Assembly (NCBI GenBank): GCA_020719165.1
Contig: DYQT01000001.1
Location: forward strand, 1-45,680
Reading direction: 5' to 3'
DNA: 45,680 nt
DNA from: Draconibacterium orientale
Lineage (GTDB): Bacteria > Bacteroidota > Bacteroidia > Bacteroidales > FEN-979
Positions 38,000-45,680 of the stretch are shown piece after piece. The notes under the pieces are model-generated. The model ran no database searches, was not told the origin of the DNA, and worked only from the letters and a program-made list of their open reading frames with translations. Within the stretch, counting starts at the first letter, position 1. Every line of letters starts with the position of its first letter. A program made the position numbers and the translations under genes.

Positions 38000-38121
38000 C
38001 AAAAGACATCATACTGAATGCCTATAACTTACAAAATAGAAAAAAATATTGACCACAATTATGTTTTTCTCTTCATTCTATATAATTATTTTTCAGCAAG
38101 TTGAAAGGGGGCTGTTTCCCT

Positions 38122-38140
38122 TTTGCAAATGATTTGCAAA
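38122..38140. promoter_or_regulatory. Pair of palindromic TTTGCAAA octamers spaced 11 bp apart, a candidate regulator binding site
   Basis: tttgcaaa occurs at 38122..38129 and 38133..38140, 46-64 nt upstream of the ATG at 38186. A third copy lies at 37996..38003. Confidence 0.3.
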
Positions 38141-38185
38141 AATCAGACAATTTGTGTTAGTTTTTTCACAATTAATTCAGATGCC

Positions 38186-41100
38186 ATGAAATATATCGCT
38201 ACCTTTTTATTCGTTCTCTTTATATCTTCACTGGGAGGTTTTGCCCAGGTGGGTATTAATTCCGACAACAGCCTGCCATTGCCTTCAGCAGGACTGGATG
38301 TTAAATTCACTGACAAAGGCCTTCTCCCGCCTCGAATGACCAAACTACAAATGAATAACATTAACCAACCAGCCGACGGGCTGATTGTATATTGTACCGA
38401 TTGTGGATCAAACGGGTTGGGGGCGTTATCACTGTATATGGTTGGCGCATGGTACAATTTAAGCATCAACTGCGTGAATCCGTTATCTCCCGTAACCGAC
38501 ACACATGTTGCAACAGCCAACCAAATTATCTGGAATTGGAAGCCAGTATCGGGCGCAACAGGATATAGATGGAATACCTCTACAGAATATGCTACGGCAA
38601 CCGACATGGGTATAGCTACCACCAAAACAGAAACGCTGCTTACCTGCAATACCCTCTACACCCGCTACATATGGGCTTACAATTCATGCGGAATTTCATC
38701 ACCGGTAACCCTGACAAAAGCGACTTCATTAAATCCCCCTGCTTCCCCTTCGCCTGGTACAAATGTTGCGGGCCAAACTCAAATTACATGGAATTGGAAC
38801 ACTGTTTCCGGCGCTTCCGGATATAAATGGAATACCATCAATAGTTTCGCTACAGCAATTGATATGGGTACAGCTACAACCAAAATAGAAAACGCACTGG
38901 CCTGCAGCACTTCCTATACGCGGTATGTATGGGCATATAGTAATTGTGGTTCATCAACTACTCCATTAGCAATGACCCAAATAACTTTAGCCAGTCCGCC
39001 TGCTGCGCCCTCTGCAGGAACGCATGTTCCATCGGTAAACCAGATCCAATGGAAATGGAATATTGTTTCCGGCGCCACCGGATATAAATGGAATACCACG
39101 AATAGTTACACTACAGCCATCGACATGGGCACGGCTACCAGCCGAACAGAAACAGGTCTTACTTGCATCACTTCATACACACGATATGTATGGGCATACG
39201 GCGCATGCGGAGTTTCAACGATTACTTCGTTAACCCAGGCCACTTTGTCGGATCCTCCAGTTCCACCCACTGCAGGTACTAATGCTCCATCCCCAACTCA
39301 GATCGTGTGGAACTGGAATATCGTTGCCGGGGCCACCGGCTATAAATGGAGTACAGCAAATAACTATGCCTCGGCAGTCAACATGGGCACATTAACCACA
39401 AAAACTGAAACCGCACTTACCTGTAGCACAGCTTACACACGTTATGCCTGGGCCTACAACAATTGTGGAAATTCTACTGTGCTCACCCTTTCTCAATCAA
39501 CAACCAACCTTGTACCTTTAACCCCTACAGCCGGCACGCACATACCATCCGCAAACCAGATCGTGTGGAACTGGAATGCCGTTGCAGGAGCTGCAGGCTA
39601 TAAATGGAACACATCCAACAATTACCCTTCTGCTTTGGAAATGGGCACCAGCATAACTAAAACAGAAACCAACCTCACCTGCAACACCCCTTATACCCGT
39701 TATGTATGGGCCTATACGCCTTGCGGTTATTCTATTCCTGTTGAATTGACCCAATCCACGAGTCTTAGCCCTCCATCTGCCCCCGTTGCCGGAACTCATC
39801 TTCCATCAGCCAAGCAAATCGTATGGAACTGGGAAGCCGTTTCCGGCGCCACCAGTTACAAATGGAATACCGAGAATGTTTACGCAACCGCTACTGAATT
39901 GGGCAATACCTTAACCTATACTGAAACAGACCTGACTTGCAGCAGTTCATATACTCGTTATCTGTGGGCCTATAATAACTGCGGGGTTTCGACGGTAACA
40001 ACGCTAACTCAAACTACTTTATCAGATCCTCCTAACGCTCCAACAGCAGGCACCAATGTTGCTACCGCCACCGAAATCGTTTGGAACTGGAATACCGTTC
40101 CCGAAGCCGCAGGCTACAAATGGAATACAACCGGCGAATTCGCTTCAGCCGCCGATTTGGGGAGTGCAACCACCTACACCGAATCATCCCTGGCCTGCAA
40201 TACCGCCTTCACACGTTACGTATGGGCCTATAATTCCTGTGGGCGATCCGATTCACTGAGAATGTCCCATTCAACAGGCTTATTAGCTCCACCAGCTCCA
40301 GTGGCAGGTAATCATGAACCTTCCCCCACCCAAATCATATGGCGCTGGGTAGCCATTCCAGATGTTTCAGGATATAAATGGAATACATCCGACGATTACG
40401 CCTCAGCAGTTAGCCTGGGAGAAACCACCGTCAGCAAAACTGAAACAAACCTGATTTGCAACACATCCTATACACGTTACATATGGTCTTACGATGCCTG
40501 CGGAGTGTCAACGGCTACTGAATTGACGGAATCTACCACACTGGATTCTCCGGGAGCACCAACAACAGGAAACCATGTACCTGCCCTAACAGAGATCGTA
40601 TGGAATTGGAATATCGTAAGTGAAGCTGCCGGATACAAATGGAACACCTCAAACGATTATGCTTCGGCGATTGATATGGGTACCATAACAACGAAAACCG
40701 AAACGGACTTAATCTGCGGCACACCCTATGCCCGCTTTGTTTGGTCGTACAGCAATTGTGGCGGCTATTCCTCTGCTTCTGTTGTATTGAACCAAACCAC
40801 AAGCCCCTGCCCTGCATGTGGCATTACGTTAACAATTAACCACGTTGCTTCAGGCGGGGTGGCTCCGGTAAATAAAACCGCGACCTATGAAACTGTTTTA
40901 AATATTCCCGGCTTGCCAAGCATGTGCTGGATAACAAGCAACCTTGGCTCCAGTCATCAGGCAACTGCTAAGGACGACTCAACGGAAGCCTCTGCAGGCT
41001 GGTACTGGCAGTTTAACAGAAAACAAGGTTACCGCGCCGGACTAACCTTAACTCCCGCATGGACAATTAGCAGCATAAGTGAAAATTCCGACTGGGTTGT

Positions 41101-41422
41101 AACCAACGACCCCTGTGCTTTGGAGTTGGGTATTGGTTGGCGGCTTCCAACAAGAATAGAATGGATGAATGTAGATGCGGGAGGAAATTGGACGAATTGG
41201 AACGGGCCATGGGGCTCCATGCTTAAGCTTCATGCTGCAGGAGAACTCATCTCATACAACAACGGATCACTTGGAAATCGCGGTGTTGAAGGATACTATT
41301 GGAGCAGCACACAGGAATTATCCGGCAACGGAAGGTTTATGTATTTTACCGCTACGGGTAGTAATGTAATCTATTATGCAAAAGCTTATGGCTTTCCAGT
41401 TCGCTGCATTAAACTATTTTAA
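38186..41422 (+). CDS. Secreted repeat protein: signal peptide, N-terminal conserved module, 9 FN3-like repeats and a C-terminal FISUMP (Fibrobacter succinogenes major paralogous) domain
   Basis: The signal peptide is MKYIATFLFVLFISSLGGFAQ. Nine repeats follow the pattern QIxWNWNxVxGAxGYKWNT...LTCxTxYTRYVWAYxxCG. The C-terminus has GWRLPTRIEW, HAAGE, GYYWSST and GFPVRCIK. The start is trimmed from the TTG at 38123 to the ATG at 38186. Confidence 0.8.
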   Translation: MKYIATFLFVLFISSLGGFAQVGINSDNSLPLPSAGLDVKFTDKGLLPPRMTKLQMNNINQPADGLIVYCTDCGSNGLGALSLYMVGAWYNLSINCVNPLSPVTDTHVATANQIIWNWKPVSGATGYRWNTSTEYATATDMGIATTKTETLLTCNTLYTRYIWAYNSCGISSPVTLTKATSLNPPASPSPGTNVAGQTQITWNWNTVSGASGYKWNTINSFATAIDMGTATTKIENALACSTSYTRYVWAYSNCGSSTTPLAMTQITLASPPAAPSAGTHVPSVNQIQWKWNIVSGATGYKWNTTNSYTTAIDMGTATSRTETGLTCITSYTRYVWAYGACGVSTITSLTQATLSDPPVPPTAGTNAPSPTQIVWNWNIVAGATGYKWSTANNYASAVNMGTLTTKTETALTCSTAYTRYAWAYNNCGNSTVLTLSQSTTNLVPLTPTAGTHIPSANQIVWNWNAVAGAAGYKWNTSNNYPSALEMGTSITKTETNLTCNTPYTRYVWAYTPCGYSIPVELTQSTSLSPPSAPVAGTHLPSAKQIVWNWEAVSGATSYKWNTENVYATATELGNTLTYTETDLTCSSSYTRYLWAYNNCGVSTVTTLTQTTLSDPPNAPTAGTNVATATEIVWNWNTVPEAAGYKWNTTGEFASAADLGSATTYTESSLACNTAFTRYVWAYNSCGRSDSLRMSHSTGLLAPPAPVAGNHEPSPTQIIWRWVAIPDVSGYKWNTSDDYASAVSLGETTVSKTETNLICNTSYTRYIWSYDACGVSTATELTESTTLDSPGAPTTGNHVPALTEIVWNWNIVSEAAGYKWNTSNDYASAIDMGTITTKTETDLICGTPYARFVWSYSNCGGYSSASVVLNQTTSPCPACGITLTINHVASGGVAPVNKTATYETVLNIPGLPSMCWITSNLGSSHQATAKDDSTEASAGWYWQFNRKQGYRAGLTLTPAWTISSISENSDWVVTNDPCALELGIGWRLPTRIEWMNVDAGGNWTNWNGPWGSMLKLHAAGELISYNNGSLGNRGVEGYYWSSTQELSGNGRFMYFTATGSNVIYYAKAYGFPVRCIKLF
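38480..40810 (+). repeat. In-frame tandem array of nine 258-261 bp (86-87 aa) FN3-like coding repeats
   Basis: The first Trp codon of the WNW motif falls at 38531, 38789, 39050, 39308, 39566, 39824, 40082, 40340 and 40601. The spacings are 258 or 261 bp. The array boundaries are approximate. Confidence 0.85.
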
Positions 41423-41426
41423 GCAA

Positions 41427-42086
41427 TTACTGAATCAGCAGGCCCTGTTCCACTGATATTTTTATCAATTGAGCAGTATTCCGTAATCCCATCTTTTTAA
41501 GGATGTTGGTTTTATGTCGTTCAACTGTTTTTTCACTGATAAAATGCTTTTCAGCTATTTCCCTGGTAACCAATCCATTCGCCAATGCTCTGATAATTTC
41601 AATTTCCCGCGCAGTAAGCAAATGCATGTTGCTGTTCAGGTCTGATTCAATTTGGGTATAGTTATGCAATATTACATCAGAACAGTGCTTGTCTAAAAAC
41701 GTCTTCCCCATATAAACCGCCCGAATCGCTTCAAAAAGCTCCTCCGGCAAACAATTTTTTGACAGGAAACCTTTTGCCCCATGACGCAGCATGGCTTTGA
41801 TGTATTGTGGATGACTGTACATCGACAATGCAATAACCCGGATCCAGGGCATTTTGCCATCGATGATCTTGCTTACCTCAATGCCACTCATTTTTGGCAT
41901 GTTGATGTCAATAATAATTACATCGGGTTTTTTGTCTTCAAGAAGCTGCAGTAGCAACAATCCATTCGGAGCAGTTCCGATTACTTCAAAGCCAGGTTCC
42001 GCGTTAATCAGGGTAACTAAAGAATGTAAAATTAGCCCCTGATCATCGGCAACCATAATCGTTATTTTCCCAGTTTCGCTCATCAT
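41427..42086 (-). CDS. NarL/FixJ (LuxR-type HTH) response regulator
   Basis: The REC domain has an acidic pocket (VADDQ) and a phospho-acceptor context (DVIIIDINMP). The C-terminal LuxR HTH is LTAREIEIIRALANGLVTREIAEKHFISEKTVERHKTNILKK. Confidence 0.85.
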   Translation of the reverse strand: MMSETGKITIMVADDQGLILHSLVTLINAEPGFEVIGTAPNGLLLLQLLEDKKPDVIIIDINMPKMSGIEVSKIIDGKMPWIRVIALSMYSHPQYIKAMLRHGAKGFLSKNCLPEELFEAIRAVYMGKTFLDKHCSDVILHNYTQIESDLNSNMHLLTAREIEIIRALANGLVTREIAEKHFISEKTVERHKTNILKKMGLRNTAQLIKISVEQGLLIQ

Positions 42087-42109
42087 CCTTCATCTAAAAT
42101 TTTCAATTA

Positions 42110-42117
42110 CAAATATA
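42110..42117 (-). promoter_or_regulatory. Candidate -7 promoter box (TAnnTTTG) for the response regulator gene
   Basis: The minus strand reads tatatttg, 24 nt upstream of the ATG at 42086. Confidence 0.35.
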
Positions 42118-42520
42118 CAGGAATCTGGTCAACATTTGACAATAATCTCAAATTTATCTTATTTTCGCTAATATATATTTGGTACGAGGCTCAGAATAGA
42201 GTATTTTCGTTAAATATTTGTCAAACTCAAAATCATCTGCTTTTACTTACCAGTCATGGATTACAGAACAGTTAGGGTGCTACTCTAACACGACGTGCCA
42301 GAACGGTTTATTAATTAAGCACTTGGATTTTGTGTTATTTTGTAACCAATTATTAAAAACTTGAATACACCAAAAATCCAATGAACAAAACAACGAACAT
42401 GAGAATTTACATCAAACTGGAACCGCCTCCCTAGATTTTCCGCACAAGAATTTATACATGAATGTTATATTAACCGTTCTTTATAAAGTTAGCTAATCAG
42501 TTTTAATTAAGTATTAATCT

Positions 42521-45500
42521 ATGAAAACATTTTACAACAAAAATCCATTTATGAGGAATTTAAAGCTTCCGGCTTTAATATTCTTCCTGTTGGCATTGTC
42601 ATACAGTGTCAAAGCGCAGTACGCTGACCCCCGCTATGTATGCTACGGCGACCCCATCTACCTTTTTTGTGGTGGTGCTCCCGGTTGCGAAGCGGTGGGT
42701 GCTTCTTACAGTTGGAGTAGCAGTACCGGGTCGTGGACCTCTGATCAAAAGAACCCTGTAATTTTGGAAGGTTCAGTCGGATACATGACAGGTAAATTCT
42801 TTTTATCCATCATGTATCCTCCGGGATTGATGTACTCCGGCGTAGCTTCTGTTACTGTCAGAGGTGCCATCGTCATTACCGGAACACCTACCCCGCTCTC
42901 TTGCGATGGCGGTAACAATGGTGCCATCACCATTACAGTTACAGGAGGCAATCAGCCTTATTCCTCTTATATTTGGAATAATGGCGCAACAACCCCGAAT
43001 ATCAGCGGGCTCTCTGCAGGAACCTATACTGTAGTTGTTACTGATGCTACCCCTCTGACACCATGTACAGCAACCCAAACCTTTGAGGTTACACAACCAA
43101 TAGCCATGGTGATCACATCCACCAGTAGCGGGAATGTTCTTTGCAATGGTGGCAACCAAGGGTATGTTAACATCAGCGTGTCTGGTGGCACAGCCCCCTT
43201 CAGCTATGCATGGAGCAACGGAACAACTGCCCAGAATGCCAGCAACCTCACAGCAGGAACCTACACGGTAACAGTTACTGATGCAGTTCCCTGTACGAAA
43301 ACCAATACATTCTTAATTACAGAACCTACCGGAATGGCCTTTATTTCGTCAACGGTACCTGTATCCTGTAATGGCGGAAACGACGGATCTATCAGCATAA
43401 CAGTATCCGGCGGAGCGCCAGGGTATACCTATGCCTGGAGCAATGGTGGAAGTTCAACCTCTACCCTTGCAACACTTACATCCGGAACCTATACTGTAAC
43501 GGTTACCGACGGTACCGGCATTTGTACCAAAACCGACAGTTGGTTTGTAACTCAGCCAACCGCTATGGTCTTAACACCTGCTGTTACCAATATCTCCTGC
43601 GGAGGATTAACCGATGGCTCTATTGCAATTACCTTGAGCGGAGGAAGTCCTTCATACAATTATAAATGGTCAAACAACCATACTGCATCGGGTACTACAG
43701 ACATGATCGCAAACTTATCAGCCGGAACTTACACTGTAACCGTAACTGATGCACATTCGTGCCCACTGGTGCAAAGTTGGAACATTACCTCACCCACTGC
43801 TTTATCCCTTTCTCTTGTTGACAAAAGCAATACATTATGCAGCACAAGCAGCAATGGATGGATCGAAGTAGTAGCTGCAGGTGGAACAGGCAGCTATGGC
43901 TATAAATGGAACAACAGCCAACTTACTGCCAGAGCAACTGGACTTATTGCAGGAACATATACTGTAACAGTTACAGATGGCGGTGGTTGCACAAAAACCG
44001 ACACCTATTCGATAACCTCACCTTCAGCTTTGTCATTATTGGCTTCAATGAAAACCAATGTGAAATGTTATGATGATGCCAATGGCGCCATCGACATCAC
44101 GGTAGGCGGCGGCACAGGTGCTTATACCTATTCGTGGTATCCTTTAGCTGACCCTTCCACACAAGGTGGCGGAACAGCTCATGTCCATGACCTTACTGAA
44201 GGAACCTACACAGTTACCGTTACTGACATCAACAATTGTCCGTTGATCGAAAGCTGGATTATCACCCAGCCTGAAAAACTCTCCGGCAACGGTGTTGTAA
44301 CTGATGTTACCTGCTTTGGTGGAAGCAATGGTACTGCAACCATCACCGGTATCGGCGGAACCCCACCATATAAATATTTGTGGAGAACCGGATCAACCGA
44401 ACAGTTAATTACCGGCCTTAGCGTTGGTTATTACAATGTAACGATCACCGATGCAAACAGCTGCCCGAATTATACCGGTCAGTATGTTGCCGAACCTTCT
44501 AAGATCACGATCCTTGGTGGTTCAACTAAAGTAACCTGTTATGGCGGCGGAGACGGAACGATCACCACAACGGTTTCCGGCGGAACACCCGGTGTTTCCC
44601 CAGCTCCTTTGTATACTTACCTGTGGAACAATATGATGACCACTGCAGGAATCAATAGTCTGACAGCCGGCACCTACACGGTTACTGTGATGGATGCCCA
44701 CAACTGTCCGATGATCGAAACCTTCACCGTGAACCAGAACCCTGACATAACCATCAGTCTTGTTGGCAGCAGCAATGCACTTTGCAATACAAGCAAAGAT
44801 GGCTGGATCGAAGTAATTGCTTCCGGAGGTATTACAGGTTATTCCTATAGCTGGAACAACGGCCAATTGGCTGCCAAAGCTACCGGCCTCGCTGCAGGAA
44901 CCTATACTGTTACTGTTACTGATGGCGGTGTTTGTACCAAAACCGGCACCTTCTCCATCACCTCTCCTCCCGCGTTATCATTCCTTGCTACTGCTTCAAG
45001 TAATGTGAAATGTTACGATGATGCCAATGGCTCCATCGACATCACTGTTGGTGGCGGCACAGGTGCTTATACCTATTCATGGTATCCTTTACCTGACCCA
45101 GCCTCACAAGGTGGCGGCACTGCCCATGTACATGACTTGGGAGAAGGAACCTATTCAGTTACCGTTACTGACATCAACAATTGTCCGTTGATCGAAAGCT
45201 GGAATATCACCCAGCCGGAAAAACTCTCCGGCAACGGTGTTGTAACCGATGTTACCTGCTTTGGCGGTAGCAATGGAACAGCAACTATCACTGGTATCGG
45301 CGGAACCCCACCTTATCAATATTTGTGGAGAACCGGATCAACTGAACAGTTAATTACCGGCCTTAGCGTTGGTTATTACAATGTAACAATTACTGATGCT
45401 AACAGCTGTCCGAATTATACCGGCCAGTATGTTGCAGAACCTTCCAAGATCACGATCCTTGGTGGTTCAACTAAAGTAACCTGTTATGGCGGCGGAGACG

Positions 45501-45680
45501 GAACGATCACCACAACGGTTTCCGGCGGAACACCCGGTGTTTCCCCAGCTCCTTTGTATACTTACCTGTGGAACAATATGATGACCACTGCAGGAATCAA
45601 TAGTCTGACAGCCGGCACCTACACGGTTACTGTGATGGATGCCCACAACTGTCCGATGATCGAAACCTTCACCGTGAACG
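42521..45680 (+). CDS. Giant SprB-repeat surface protein (gliding-adhesin-like), 5' partial and open at the window end
   Basis: I translated it by hand from the ATG at 42521. The signal peptide is MKTFYNKNPFMRNLKLPALIFFLLALSYSVKAQ. At least 12 repeats of ~75-82 aa follow the pattern CxGGxxGxIxxxVxGGxxPYxYxW....GLxAGTYTVTVTDxxxC. No stop occurs before 45680, which is why it is absent from the ORF track. Confidence 0.85.
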   Translation, partial: MKTFYNKNPFMRNLKLPALIFFLLALSYSVKAQYADPRYVCYGDPIYLFCGGAPGCEAVGASYSWSSSTGSWTSDQKNPVILEGSVGYMTGKFFLSIMYPPGLMYSGVASVTVRGAIVITGTPTPLSCDGGNNGAITITVTGGNQPYSSYIWNNGATTPNISGLSAGTYTVVVTDATPLTPCTATQTFEVTQPIAMVITSTSSGNVLCNGGNQGYVNISVSGGTAPFSYAWSNGTTAQNASNLTAGTYTVTVTDAVPCTKTNTFLITEPTGMAFISSTVPVSCNGGNDGSISITVSGGAPGYTYAWSNGGSSTSTLATLTSGTYTVTVTDGTGICTKTDSWFVTQPTAMVLTPAVTNISCGGLTDGSIAITLSGGSPSYNYKWSNNHTASGTTDMIANLSAGTYTVTVTDAHSCPLVQSWNITSPTALSLSLVDKSNTLCSTSSNGWIEVVAAGGTGSYGYKWNNSQLTARATGLIAGTYTVTVTDGGGCTKTDTYSITSPSALSLLASMKTNVKCYDDANGAIDITVGGGTGAYTYSWYPLADPSTQGGGTAHVHDLTEGTYTVTVTDINNCPLIESWIITQPEKLSGNGVVTDVTCFGGSNGTATITGIGGTPPYKYLWRTGSTEQLITGLSVGYYNVTITDANSCPNYTGQYVAEPSKITILGGSTKVTCYGGGDGTITTTVSGGTPGVSPAPLYTYLWNNMMTTAGINSLTAGTYTVTVMDAHNCPMIETFTVNQNPDITISLVGSSNALCNTSKDGWIEVIASGGITGYSYSWNNGQLAAKATGLAAGTYTVTVTDGGVCTKTGTFSITSPPALSFLATASSNVKCYDDANGSIDITVGGGTGAYTYSWYPLPDPASQGGGTAHVHDLGEGTYSVTVTDINNCPLIESWNITQPEKLSGNGVVTDVTCFGGSNGTATITGIGGTPPYQYLWRTGSTEQLITGLSVGYYNVTITDANSCPNYTGQYVAEPSKITILGGSTKVTCYGGGDGTITTTVSGGTPGVSPAPLYTYLWNNMMTTAGINSLTAGTYTVTVMDAHNCPMIETFTVN
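43790..45680 (+). repeat. Tandem 945-bp (315 aa, four SprB repeats) super-repeat inside the SprB-like gene, with two copies in the window
   Basis: The offset is exactly 945 bp at several anchors: tgc at 43838 and 44783, tgaaatgtta at 44061 and 45006, and ttcaactaaa at 44521 and 45466. 44501..44734 is identical to 45446..45679. The repeat phase is arbitrary. Confidence 0.9.

Noticed and set aside
40810-41422. The FISUMP C-terminus as a variable region of a diversity-generating retroelement
   Set aside because: Lectin-fold and DUF1566-like C-termini can be DGR targets. However, I found no template-repeat copy of this segment and no reverse transcriptase in the window, and the next gene starts 4 nt away.
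42133-42225. tttgacaa and tttgtcaaa half-site-like sequences upstream of the SprB-like gene as a regulator site
   Set aside because: There are only two short imperfect elements about 80 bp apart in AT-rich DNA. This is not distinguishable from chance by eye.
42745-43159. Minus-strand ORFs inside the SprB-like gene (also 44522..44866) and inside the FN3 gene (38143..38649, 39518..39799)
   Set aside because: They are antisense to long ORFs with strong repeat-domain signatures. Their peptides are low complexity with no motifs.
28793-45680. A genomic island integrated at the tmRNA gene
   Set aside because: ssrA is a classic integration site. However, I saw no integrase and no duplicated copy of the tmRNA 3' end downstream, and no obvious composition break apart from the repeat genes.

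Overview
This window looks like a chromosomal segment from a member of the Bacteroidota, roughly 40% GC by eye. The evidence is a complete MoxR-DUF58-BatABCDE operon, a T9SS C-terminal sorting domain, SprB repeats, a FISUMP domain, a tmRNA tag ending in LAA, and TAnnTTTG -7 boxes just upstream of many start codons.

Layout:
- 1..331: REP-like palindromic repeats.
- 0.4-2.5 kb: a hypothetical gene, a NUDIX hydrolase and pyrE.
- 2.6-5.5 kb: a BNR/Asp-box T9SS cargo protein.
- 5.6-13.9 kb, minus strand: the eight-gene bat operon. Its genes are translationally coupled except at one junction, which is filled by a 7-bp microsatellite.
- 14.0-16.8 kb: rlmH, a DUF4783-like gene, nadC and a yihY-family gene.
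- 16.8-24.8 kb: a glycan or lipid modification locus. It has a tight deacetylase-GNAT-KASIII-ACP-SDR operon plus a Wzx-like flippase, an FkbM methyltransferase and a GT2.
- 25.0-28.3 kb: a TPR-PAS-HisKA_2 sensor kinase and gpsA.
- 28420..28792: tmRNA.
- 28.9-37.5 kb: a Dpm1/ArnC-like GT2 followed by four paralogous TMTC-like (DUF1736 motif plus C-terminal TPR) GT-C membrane proteins.
- 38.2-45.7 kb: two giant repeat surface proteins with an orphan LuxR-type response regulator between them. One is 9 x FN3-like plus FISUMP. The other is an SprB-repeat protein that runs off the window end and is missing from the ORF track.

The best candidate for an undescribed system is the GT2 plus four-TMTC block. 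I read it as a putative lipid-carrier-dependent periplasmic glycosylation system.

Several ORF-track starts are TTG over-extensions, and I moved them to downstream ATG codons. I saw no CRISPR array, transposase, integrase, rRNA or tRNA. All domain calls come from motif recognition by eye, not from searches.
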